From Pocillopora damicornis (lineage: Eukaryota), in assembly GCF_003704095.1 (NCBI RefSeq), contig NW_020844871.1, positions 1-64,000 of the forward strand: a stretch of 64,000 bases of DNA, written 5' to 3'. The first letter of the stretch is position 1; every line of letters begins with the position of its first letter. The notes beneath the pieces are model-generated. The model had not been told where the DNA came from and did not search any database. It worked only from the letters and a program-made list of their open reading frames with translations. A program made the translations under genes and the position numbers. This document shows positions 1 through 12,200 of this stretch, one piece after another.

Positions 1-1154
1 CCTTTGAGAAAATTTCGCAACTTTTCATAAATTTCAATACTTTGACGAAGATACTGCATTGCATCCTCTAACTTTGATTGCGACATCTTTACTCGAGTAA
101 TACCGAGGAGGCTCTCAAAGTAAATCATATTGTCTCCAATTTTGCTGCTCATCGAGCGCGCTTTGTCAAAGAATTTCTCCGATTGGTCATAATTTCCAAG
201 CGATAGAGAAACATGTCCAAGTCTTAGGTAACTCAATCCCTGTCCGCTCTTATCACCAACGTTTATGCTGATAGTTAGCAGTTTTTCGTATAGTTCTGTA
301 GCCTTCTGATAGTCATGAAACGAATAAAACAGATCTGCAAGGCCTGCGTAGCACCATCCTTCACACTTTCTTTCGCCAGTTTCTGTACTGATGGTAAGGG
401 CTTTGTCAAAATGTTCCTTAGCCGCCTTATTTTTACGAAGTGATAGAAACACACCTCCAAGGTTCACGCAGCATCTCCCTTCTCCTTTCCTGTCGCCAAT
501 TTCTGTTACGATAGCAAGTGCTTTCTCGTAACATTCTTTAGCCTTCTGATATTCACCGAGTGAATCAAACAGAGCTCCCAGGTTCCCGTACTGTGTTCCT
601 TCTCCTTTCCTGTCGCCAATTTGTGTTGCGATAACAAGTGCTTTCTCGTGATATTCTTCAGCCTTCTGATATTCACCGAGTGATACAAACACACATCCAA
701 GGTTTCCGTACTGTGTTCCTTCTCCTTTCCTGTCGCCAATTTGTGTTGCGATAACAATTGCTTTCTCGCAATATTCTTTAGCCTTCTGATATTCACCGAG
801 AGATAGAAACAAATCTCCAAGGTTCCCGTAGCACGTCTTTTCTCTTTCCCTGGCGCCAATTTCTGTTGCGATAGCAAGTGCTTTCTCGTGATATTCTTTA
901 GCCTTCTGATATTCACCGAGTGATTCAAACACACATCCAAGGTTCCCGTAGCATGTCCCTTCTCCTTCCCTGGCGCCAATTTCTGTTTCGATAGCAAGTG
1001 CATTCTCATGATATTCTTTAGCCTTCTGATATTCACCGAGAGATAGAAACACATTTCCAAGGTTCCCGTAGCATACTCTTTCTCCTCCCCTGTCGCCAAA
1101 TTCTGTTGCGATAGCAAGTGCTTTCTCGTGATATTCTTTAGCCTTCTGATATTC
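1..1154 (-). CDS. TPR-repeat protein (TTC28-like / coral TPR-CHAT type), internal fragment running off the window edge
   Basis: The minus-strand frame from 1154 is open to position 1. It carries 120-nt (40-aa) tandem repeats such as EYQKAKEYHEKALAIATEFGDRGGERVCYGNLGNVFLSLG, then degenerate repeats ending ...AMQYLRQSIEIYEKLRNFLK. The listed ORF 506..1258 is a shifted frame of the same repeats. Confidence 0.85.
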
Positions 1155-1357
1155 NNNNNNNNNNNNNNNNNNNNNNNNNNNNNNNNNNNNNNNNNNNNNN
1201 NNNNNNNNNNNNNNNNNNNNNNNNNNNNNNNNNNNNNNNNNNNNNNNNNNNNNNACAAAGATGGCTTCTAAATGTTATCATCTAATTTATTTATTCAAGT
1301 TTTCTGTATTTCACTTATTTCATTTCAGAAAGGCATTCTGTTAGACACAAAAGAGCG

Positions 1358-2298
1358 ATGAATAACACGCGTGAAATCCTAGAGAAGATCAGGATAGGTT
1401 TGGATGTTGCTACATATCTTCTGAAGACTGATCGTGGTATACAAGCCTCTAATTTGTGTGATGAATGTGTAATCTTACTTAACAACCTAGACTTTGATAT
1501 TAACGGCCTTGATGTCTCTGAGGTAATATTCAATGCGTACTACGCAATCTCTGGTTACACAAATGCAGTAAGATACACCAACAAACTTATTGACATGTTC
1601 AGCAATGCTGNNNNNNNNNNNNNNNNNNNNNNNNNNNNNNNNNNNNNNNNNNNNNNNNNNNNNNNNNNNNNNNNNNNNNNNNNNNNNNNNNNNNNNNNNN
1701 NNNNNNNNNNNNNNNNNNNNNNNNNNNNNNNNNNNNNNNNNNNNNNNNNNNNNNNNNNNNNNNNNNNNNNNNNNNNNNNNNNNNNNNNNNNNNNNNNNNN
1801 NNNNNNNNNNNNNNNNNNNNNNNNNNNNNNNNNNNNNNNNNNNNNNNNNNNNNNNNNNNNNNNNNNNNNNNNNNNNNNNNNNNNNNNNNNNNNNNNNNNN
1901 NNNNNNNNNNNNNNNNNNNNNNNNNNNNNNNNNNNNNNNNNNNNNNNNNNNNNNNNNNNNNNNNNNNNNNNNNNNNNNNNNNNNNNNNNNNNNNNNNNNN
2001 NNNNNNNNNNNNNNNNNNNNNNNNNNNNNNNNNNNNNNNNNNNNNNNNNNNNNNNNNNNNNNNNNNNNNNNNNNNNNNNNNNNNNNNNNNNNNNNNNNNN
2101 NNNNNNNNNNNNNNNNNNNNNNNNNNNNNNNNNNNNNNNNNNNNNNNNNNNNNNNNNNNNNNNNNNNNNNNNNNNNNNNACACAAATTGGCGACAGGGAA
2201 GGAGAAGAAACACAGTACGGGAACCTTGGACTCGTGTTTCAATTACTCGGTGAATATCAGAAGGCTAAAGAATATTACCAGAAAGCACTTGCTATCGC
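1358..2298 (+). CDS. N-terminus plus one TPR repeat of a TTC28-like TPR protein (mostly gap)
   Basis: MNNTREILEKIRIGLDVATYLLKTDRG... at 1358-1610. After the gap, 2180-2298 encodes TQIGDREGEETQYGNLGLVFQLLGEYQKAKEYYQKALAI, the same repeat family as 1-1154. Confidence 0.65.
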
Positions 2299-5200
2299 NN
2301 NNNNNNNNNNNNNNNNNNNNNNNNNNNNNNNNNNNNNNNNNNNNNNNNNNNNNNNNNNNNNNNNNNNNNNNNNNNNNNNNNNNNNNNNNNNNNNNNNNTA
2401 GTCCGATATTTTTGGCTCATAGATTTATTTTTGTTGAACTTTGTGGCGGAAAGTGTCCCTCATTTTCTGAGATTCCTTGGATATCTTATACTCCTATCAC
2501 TGAAACAAGTTTCCGTACAAAGTATTTTTGAATTTTCAGAAAANNNNNNNNNNNNNNNNNNNNNNNNNNNNNNNNNNNNNNNNNNNNNNNNNNNNNNNNN
2601 NNNNNNNNNNNNNNNNNNNNNNNNNNNNNNNNNNNNNNNNNNNNNNNNNNNNNNNNNAGCAAGAGTCACGCGGCTGAAGAACAAAATATTGATTTGAACG
2701 ATAAAAAAAAGAATCACTGCACATCCAAATCGTCACCAGTTTTAGGTGGGTCTCAATCGGGGTGATGACTTTTACGGCTATTGTTTGTAATTTGGAACAT
2801 TTTACGGCTAATNNNNNNNNNNNNNNNNNNNNNNNNNNNNNNNNNNNNNNNNNNNNNNNNNNNNNNNNNNNNNNNNNNNNNNNNNNNNNNNNNNNNNNNN
2901 NNNNNNNNNNNNNNNNNNNNNNNNNNNNNNNNNNNNNNNNNNNNNNNNNNNNNNNNNNNNNNNNNNNNNNNNNNNNNNNNNNNNNNNNNNNNNNNNNNNN
3001 NNNNNNNNNNNNNNNNNNNNNNNNNNNNNNNNNNNNNNNNNNNNNNNNNNNNNNNNNNNNNNNNNNNNNNNNNNNNNNNNNNNNNNNNNNNNNNNNNNNN
3101 NNNNNNNNNNNNNNNNNNNNNNNNNNNNNNNNNNNNNNNNNNNNNNNNNNNNNNNNNNNNNNNNNNNNNNNNNNNNNNNNNNNNNNNNNNNNNNNNNNNN
3201 NNNNNNNNNNNNNNNNNNNNNNNNNNNNNNNNNNNNNNNNNNNNNNNNNNNNNNNNNNNNNNNNNNNNNNNNNNNNNNNNNNNNNNNNNNNNNNNNNNNN
3301 NNNNNNNNNNNNNNNNNNNNNCCGATTTAGGCTGAGATGAGATAAATGGAATCTTTCTCTACTTCTGAGATTGTTCGAAGTGGTGGATGCTCTATTATAA
3401 AGATTTCACCGAGTTCCGGTCCAAAATATTTCAGTTTTCAGAGACGAGAGAAGAATATTACTGAAGTTCATTATTCATCTTACCTTGCAAAAAATAAATC
3501 ATGTCTCTTTCGGTGTTATTTATGATGGTATGACAAATGAAACCAAAATCAAGAATCCTAAGAAAGACAACTCCTGACAAAACAAAGATTGGAAAAAAAA
3601 ACTCGGGTGAAGAGAAATTACGACCTTGTTCAATAAAAAATGATAAGACAAAAATAATAATACTGATAAGAATCCCTAAAAAAATATTATAACATCTGTT
3701 GCGTTCTTTTTCCTCGTACACGTTTCTTAAAGAAGAAACCTCTGACAGAAATGAGGAGTTATATCACCAATGATGATACGCACGTATTTTTCACAAGATA
3801 TCATCAAGATCTCATTACTAATTCTCCTTTCTGTCTCCCATACAGTTCTTGTCATATTAGTTTGGAGAACTTGGTATTAGATCAACTTAAAATCTCCTAA
3901 ATGATTTTTTTATTATTATTATTCTCATCACTTGTCCGCTTGATATTTTACTGATATTGTAAGAAGAAATTCCGTCTTGGTCACTCATGGGAGCTTAAGT
4001 GTTAACGTGTTGGAAAAGCTGCAAGAGGACTAAAAAGTGATCTTCACCCCTTACACCAGTTTCGAAGACTTCAGAGTTAATACGAAGGTTATTGAGAGGG
4101 AAACTAACACGGAACACCCACGCATTTTGCGAAAACGGTTTTGACATTTTGTAAGACGTATTGCAGAAATTTGTAACAAAATCGAGTTACGCATTTTGTA
4201 ATGATGGCTACAACATTTTGTAATAATCGTCGGTCTACACAATTTCTAACAACATCCTACAGCAAACTGTAGTATGTTGCTCTTGCAAAGAAGGTATTAT
4301 TCCACAAATCGCGGTTTTTTTCCTTTGAATAATGATTTGACAAGCGTCAAGTCAAGCATCAGACTTTAAAGGAATAAGACACAACACGTTTGCAATGGCA
4401 ACAGAAAAGTATCCAACCGTAAAGGCACACAGCACAGCGCACTGGTTGAGGGCAAACATTTGGCAAGATCACATTTCGCGCTATATCCTTTACAAAACAA
4501 TAATGTAAACATTTGTTTTCTTTTGGAAACAAATGGAGACAATGTCATGAAGAATAAACCACTTTCGTGAGTTCTTTTCAAGAGATTGTAACAAGAATAT
4601 TAGCGGAGCTCGCAGCGCGAGGCCCAGAAAAATTCAAGCCTTTTTCCCCAATCTTCGTTTGATACTAGCTTCAGTTTATGATTCAAATCACGTTTCGGTA
4701 AAACAATGACCTTTGTATTCGTCGCTTTAAAACCCTCGCGCCCGTTCATCGCTCGAATAACATTTCAAAGTGTTCCTATTCTTAAAACTAATTCTTGTCC
4801 TACCTTTTAGAATATTTAATACAGTCGTGGTGTTTAGGGAAAATATGTCAAACTACGGATTATGTCTTGCCTAGAAAGTTTTAAAATGATAACGAACGGC
4901 GTGAGCAAGTTTCTATTATTCTCTATTCACTTAGCTATCGCATGGTTTAAATTATTGATTTAAAAAAAAATCGCGCTTTGTCGAAGATTTGTTGTTTTAC
5001 CCTAAGAACGAAGTGATAGCCGTTCCCAAAATTGAAATATAATGACATTGAGTCAGCGATGTTCATGTTTACATTGAGTCTGACGCGGTAATTTGATTTT
5101 GACAATATTGTCATGTGAGAACCCGTCAAACATCTCAGAATATTAAATTATCGAGCTCAAATATGTGGTGCAAACAAACTCAAGGGTAAAATGGAGTGAA

Positions 5201-6681
5201 TTTCATTGTTTGGTCATGGCACTTTTCAGCGCTATGTTTTTATGCTTTCTGCTCGATTCGTTCGAACTTCAAGAAATGTTTTGTCTCACAAAACACGGAG
5301 CCACTTTCTCTTCGCTCGACATCAGTCGAGGCGTACCTAATGCTCGGGTTATGATGAACATGCTTGCGATACGATAATTTTTTCCTTTTACTGGAAACTG
5401 AAGAATCGATCTCTGAAATTGGTAGTCATCACATTTTTCAAGAAGCGTCCGAGCTGTGATCGTGTAATTAAACGGACTCCTGGCAATATGAGCTCACAAG
5501 CACGATGGTAAGCACATGGTTAGCGTAAATAATTGTTGTTTACAGTTGTCGAATTCGAGTTTTCGAGAGTCCGTTTCTGTGACCTTCCTGGATATTTTCT
5601 GTTGAATTCATTGAGGTACAATCTCGGAATTTCATAAGTGATTATGAACGATAAATTCTTATCAGCACCATAATTTTGGGGAGTTTTGCTAGCACATTAT
5701 CAGTTTACAATTCGTGAACCATTTCTGTAACCTGCTTGGATATTTTCTTTTGAATTAATTGAGTCACACTCTCAGAATTTTAATCAGTAATAAAGAACGA
5801 TAAATCCATATATGTAACACGAGTGAAGCACATTTTAAACTTTCCATACGATTTTAGGATACTATACTCAATTGACTCTTGATAAGTTGGCCTGGCATAT
5901 CGCGTTGATTATTTTATTATTTTGTGGCCCCAAAGGTCCGGCTTATGAATCTGGAGGTACTGAACTTGATATATTTGTTACATAAGGCATCCTTCAAGGA
6001 GGAAGGTTAGAATAAAATTTCTTTTACGACCGTATATTGTACCCGGTTTACATATGTAGATAATTGCTCAAAGTTACCTATTGTAGCTGTGTTCAGGAGC
6101 ATAGACATGTAATATGCTTTTGCTTTATTTTATTGTAAGAGGTTTCCTTTTATGTAACATATATCCATTCCTTTAAATTCCTCCTTAACCTGCCTGCAAN
6201 NNNNNNNNNNNNNNNNNNNNNNNNNNNNNNNNNNNNNNNNNNNNNNNNNNNNNNNNNNNNNNNNNNNNNNNNNNNNNNNNNNNNNNNNNNNNNNNNNNNC
6301 AATTTTTATGTACACAAGGCACCCTCCAAGGTGGAAGAGTAGAAGACCATAGAATAATGTTTATTAGGCACTTGCACTTAACACAATTATACATTCAAGC
6401 AATAATCTACATATATTGCTATTGTAGTGGTCATGGGTTCAAATTCCATACAGCCCTGAATAATTTTTCAGGCCTTTAATTTTCACAACAGTATAACTGC
6501 TTATTAATAAGTAGTGTTCTTAACTGGGAGGATTGCTTCCATATTCGTTTCTTCAATGGCATTTTTGTATATTTTTACAATCAAAAATTCCTTTGTTCAT
6601 CATCATTATCAGTTCTCGCACCAGCAGCTGCATTAGGCCACCAAATACTATTATAATACTAGTTGTGTAATTGCTTTGCAT

Positions 6682-7073
6682 CTAACCCTTTAACTCCCAG
6701 ATCAAATTTGTAATTCTCCTTACTGTCAACCATACAATTCTTATAATGTTAGTTCAGAGAATTTAGTATTGGATCAACTAATTATCCCCAAGTTGATATT
6801 TGTCTTTATTCTCATCACTTATCTGGTTGATACTGTATTGGTTGCCATCCCAATTATCCATTTAACTCACAGATCAAATTTGTAATTCTCTTTACTGTCA
6901 ACCCTACAATTCTTACAATGTTAGTCCAGAGAATTTAGTATTGGATCAACTAATTATCCCCAAATTGATACAGTATTTGTCTTTAATCTCATCACTTATC
7001 TGGTTGATATTGTATCAATTGATATTGTAGGGGAAAATTCTTTCTTGGTCACTCATGGCAGTTAAAGGGTTAA
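6682..7073. mobile_element. TTAA-flanked MITE (piggyBac-like ends) with an internal tandem duplication
   Basis: Begins ctaa-CCCTTTAACTCCC and ends GTTAAAGGG-ttaa. The ~170-bp body (agatcaaatttgtaattctc...tggttgata) occurs twice. Confidence 0.7.
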
Positions 7074-7161
7074 CATTCATAACAAAGTTTCATTTAACAT
7101 AGAATGTTTCAAGAAATTTTTTTCCTTTCTCTTCAATACCATTTACTATTTCTGGAGAAAA

Positions 7162-7373
7162 TTAACCCTTTAACTTCCAAGATCTCATTAGTAATTCTTC
7201 TTACTGTCTGCCACATAATTCTTGTGATGTTAGTTTTGAGAATTTGATATTTGATCAACCAATAATCCTCTAATTAATATTTTTATTTATTCTCCTCACT
7301 TGTCTGCTTGATATTGTATTGATATTGTAAGGAGAAATTCTCTTCTGATTACATGTGGGAGTTAAAGGGTTAA
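7162..7373. mobile_element. TTAA-flanked ~210-bp MITE (piggyBac-like)
   Basis: ttaa-CCCTTTAACTTCC ... GGGAGTTAAAGGG-ttaa, i.e. terminal inverted repeats with TTAA on both sides. Related copies lie near 3808-4005, 26860-27050, 34766-34975, 36716-36925, 38404-38630, 41723-41934 and 47750-47927. Confidence 0.75.
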
Positions 7374-7982
7374 AGGAAGCAGGTTATTTTAAAAAAAATT
7401 ATAACTTTTCATTGAGGTAATTATTGGAATATGTGAGTAACATTCGATGTTTTCTTATGTAACAGGATGATCAAGCTAAGATAGCCTCAAAAAAGAGTGA
7501 ACTCCAATGTAACAGTTAGGTGACTAATTTGAAAACTTGAGCACTTGGTAAATACACCATGGCTTGCAATTCTGATTATTACAGTTTGCTGAGGTAATTG
7601 AAATGTCAGTCCCCATGCAGGAACCATCCACATGACCTGTATAGTCATATGCATGAGATAACTTTAGAAAAATGTATTTGTGTCAGTAGAAGTATTTTAA
7701 GTACAGTACCACCTAGTAACAAAAATTAATAATTTTCTGTAAGCATGAACGTTTGGGAGAAGTTATGGTGGTAATTGACAGGATGTATAGGGTCTGATGA
7801 TTGTAAGGTATATCTTTCAGCTTTCAAACTTTCAACTTTGCATGAATTGTAACTGTTTACCATATCTATTTCTCTGTACCNNNNNNNNNNNNNNNNNNNN
7901 NNNNNNNNNNNNNNNNNNNNNNNNNNNNNNNNNNNNNNNNNNNNNNNNNNNNNNNNNNNNNNNNNNNNNNNNNNNNNNNNTG

Positions 7983-8093
<111 letters not shown>

Positions 8094-9210
8094 ACGAGGA
8101 GTACGATATTTTCTTCAAAACAACGAGCCTACGTCTGTGTAAAGCTGTGATTAACCAGTTAACAGATGCTGTTGTTGTTTATGTTGTTGTTAACTCACCC
8201 GAGATTTAAATTATCCGACATTTTGAAGCGGTAGAGATGCTTAACTAATTGCTATCGACAGACAAGTTTTGCAACCGTTCTGAAATGACTTAACGAGTGG
8301 ATATGGCACTTTCCATTGTAGTCTTGTAACTTGTTGAAATAACCAGCCGTTCAGTGACAGAAGTGTCGACTTATGATCAATTGATAAACTTTTGTATTTC
8401 GTATTATCTTTGCTTTCGCTGAAATTAAAAGAAAAAAGGCGTTTCACTTGGAAAATTCCCGGAATACGTGTCCCCAACTATTAAAATGCATGCCTTACAG
8501 CACTCGCTGAGTTGCAAAGTTTGGAACAATATTACAAAAGATGCTCAAACTGCTTGTGCTACGCGCTGCACATTAATTTTTGTTTACAATTGCTAAATAT
8601 TGATTACAAGGCAATGAAACGCGAGCGAGGATTCCTTGCCTTCCTTCCTAAACGATGTATCGCAGACGTCAACGCGAGAACCTCCTTTCCTTTTTTCAGT
8701 TTTCCGGACTCACATTTTGTCGGATCTTCGTCCACTGCCAGAGAACGGGGCAATATCGATTTCGAACGTAATGGGCTTGTGGAGCTTTCGTAAGTGAACC
8801 CGCGTTTCCCCACGCAAGAAAAGCACCTGGGAACTGAGACTCTTCCTGGAGAATTATTCGTGGTATTTTAGAAAAACCAGAATTGTTGAATATTATAAAA
8901 CAACAGAGGAATTGGGGATATTTTGAATAAGAATGACGCCGAAACCTTGTGATCTTCGTTAAAACGAAATGCTAATTTAAGGGTTTCGTTTCACTAGCCG
9001 ATAATCGCACCATAACCTTGCAGCTCTGTTCCCCAGGCCTCCTAGAATCCCAGTCACCCTAATGAAAGGAAAGTGGTTCTTTAAACTTTTATTTTTCATT
9101 TTCCTCTTTAATGAGAAGAATATTCAAGAATATTTGACAGACTATCAGGAAAATCAAAATAACTCGGGGAAGAAATCTGACCGTCCGTGAGCTGAACTCA
9201 ACTTTAAAGT

Positions 9211-12200
9211 TCAAGCATTGTTTTTAAGTCTCTCGTTGAATATTATCTCTGGACAAAGAAAAGGTGTGAAGAAAGTCATTCCTTTGGTCTTCACACGCCT
9301 TGCAGCGTCAGGATTGGCAAGTTGGAGATTGTACCTCTGTAAAACAGAAGCAACAACTATTCGGGTGATTGCCAGGGCATACCGATAACCCAAGCATTTC
9401 CTTGGACCCATACCAAAGCGGAAGAGAGAGCCTGGCACTGGTCTTGCGCCGTTCGCGAAGCGACTGGGGTCGAATTTGTCAGGGTTTCTCCAATACTTCT
9501 CGGAAAAGTTCAGTGACTGGGTATCCACGCAAACGGGAGTCTGTTTAATGAGATAAAAGGGCTACGTCAGTTTTTGTTAGTTTAAATGCGCAGGCAACAC
9601 ATTGTATTCGCGTGACGTAATGTAAACACGCGAGGAGTAATTTTTATCCGCGTGTTCCTCGTTCGCGCGCATTGCTTCAAATCGCTTGCACCCAGCTCTC
9701 TAGGAACCTGGCAAAGGACTCAGATTTCAAAATTATATTAGGCAGAAAATGCGAGATCTTGCAATAAAAATGAATTTCAGCTTTTTTAACTGTAAGGAAA
9801 TTGAAATATTCACGTTTCATTAACACTGATTTAGGGCCAATCATCAGTTCAGTAACATATGGTGAATCTTTTCACAAATCTCGTGCCCAGATCCTACCGC
9901 GTAACTTAAATATAAGGACCTCACAACCGCTTAGCCGTGGAGGGTCTGGGTACAAGACTATCCCTCCGACTCTCTACTGAGGATCGCCTGTTCGCCTTTC
10001 AGGGAGCCTAGGGAGAGGAAAATAGCTGGCACATGAAAGAATTCCTCACCCCTTTTGGAATTTGATAACCTCCAATATCAGTGACAGGTTTCACTGTTCT
10101 CTCAGGGAGACTAAGCGCCAATGCTGGGTTCATCCGGGCACTTTCTTTCAGAACCATCTCCATATAAGGTAGCTTGTTATCCAGGTCTTCAGATGAACTC
10201 GGGTCAGCCCCTAATAATATATCGTCTACTTCCTGTTGAACTATTTCTTGAACGGAAGTGTAACGAGCAAGATCGGCCAAGGCAAACGAAGTGGCAGCGA
10301 AGCTGACGTCAATATTCAAGAGCAGGATTTCATTCACAGAATGAAATAGCTGTGCCAGATATAACAAAGACAGAAGTGAGTACGGAAAGGGTTTTTTTTC
10401 TCTTCTTAAAATTTATTTTTGGCCTTTGTTGTTGAGATAGGACGGAAGTTAAATGGATGAATAAATCAGTGGTTGGATGGGTACATGGATCGAATGAAAT
10501 AATTAAATAAATGAACGAACGAGCGAAAAAACGAGGGATAGATCGAACGAGCGATCAAACGGGGGATAGATGGAACGAGCGATCAAACGAGGGATAGATC
10601 GAACGAGCGATCAAACGGGGGATAGATCGAACGAGCGATCAAACGGGGGATAGATCGAACGAGCGATCAAACGGGGGATAGATCGAACGAGCGATCAAAC
10701 TAACGAGCAAACGAGCGAATGAATGAATGAATGACAGAAGGAAAGAAGGAAGGAAAGAAGGAAATGAAGGAATATAAATGAACGGACTAACGGAATGATG
10801 GACGAAAGGATCAGTAAAGGATTGAAGAATTGATAATAAATGAATCAATAAAATAAAGGAAGACCTTTCGTCTACCTCTTGCTCTCCCAAGTCGAGTGCG
10901 TGAGTCTTCAGTTGTTCCATCATGATAAAGAATAATCCATCATTAGACCTGAGTCGTCCCTCCTCGTATTCTTCAAACAAGAAAAGGTTAAACGCCTCCC
11001 ATGCTTCGTTGAAGGCCTGAGCCGTCTTGTTCACCTTACTCGGAACATAGGAGTAGAATGGCAGCCTGGTTTCACCCACATTAAACTGATTGACGGCATC
11101 CTGAAGCAAATCACTGACCTCCATGATACGTTGGAAATATTTTTGTAGGACTTCTTCTCCGTAGACGACTTGCACAAGTACACGAAGTGTGACGTTGGCA
11201 AGACCCTCCTTTTGAAGATCCACCGGCCTACCAACTGGTAAGGAATTTAGGAATGTGGTGCACTCTCGTCCAATCGTACGCAGAGTGGCCGAAACAGCAC
11301 TGGAAGAGAAGTATTTCTCGAAAGGGCCGCGGCATCGTCTCACCTCGTCACGCCCGTGGCTGGTTGCCAAGCAATTTCCTAAAATGTCTTTGAAAACGGT
11401 GCCGAGGCAGGTGAAATCTCGGTCGCGCTGGTGCGAGTAGTGGTCGGTATAGAACGAGCGAATGGCATCTGCGTCAGCTAAGATCCTGCGAGGATATTAT
11501 AAGAAAATAAAAGACCATGAGTTCTTGATCGATGTATGATAAAAAATACATACATATAAAGCACTAAGTCTAGCTATTTCGGAAAAGTTATGCATCTTAG
11601 TCGTAAGAACGAATTTCCTCGACTCCAGACTCCAGACTAAAAAGTATATACGGCTAGATCGGCTCAAGAGAGCTATCAANNNNNNNNNNNNNNNNNNNNN
11701 NNNNNNNNNNNNNNNNNNNNNNNNNNNNNNNNNNNNNNNNNNNNNNNNNNNNNNNNNNNNNNNNNNNNNNNNNNNNNNNNNNNNNNNNNNNNNNNNNNNN
11801 NNNNNNNNNNNNNNNNNNNNNNNNNNNNNNNNNNNNNNNNNNNNNNNNNNNNNNNNNNNNNNNNNNNNNNNNNNNNATAAAGGGTCATTAGGTAAATTGT
11901 ATTATGACACAACCAAAATCCTCTGGCCTGCCCCAGGCGATAAATAATGAGAGATCCTGGTAAAGGCGTTACAAATATTTTCAGTAGACATCTTAACGGC
12001 TCATTCCCAAATATGGCGAGCAGTAGGGCCGAACATTAATAAACCAGTTTTGTCATGATTGAATGTTATATAAATCAGAGACACCTGAAACTACCAATTA
12101 AAGCATTTCGACGCGTTTTTGTTTTCATTTCTGAAAACCAGCCTTGGAAACGGTGATTTACAAAGCAGAACTGCATTTTAATCAACTCATTCTTCCTTTG

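Noticed and set aside
480-1154. 120-bp periodic repeats as a CRISPR-like array
   Set aside because: They are coding TPR units with no unique spacers, in a eukaryotic context.
506-1258. 250-aa repetitive ORF (NIRRLKNITRKHLLS...)
   Set aside because: It is a shifted reading frame of the TPR repeats. The real frame (EYQKAKEYHEKAL) runs off the window.
5488-7880. Possible upstream exons (ATG at ~5488 followed by GTAAG) belonging to the H2B fragment or another gene
   Set aside because: I could not assemble a credible spliced ORF, and gaps interrupt the region.
10639-10875. Odd C-terminal extension of the 243-aa ORF
   Set aside because: It is read-through into P450 intron 3 simple repeats. The true donor is at 10875.
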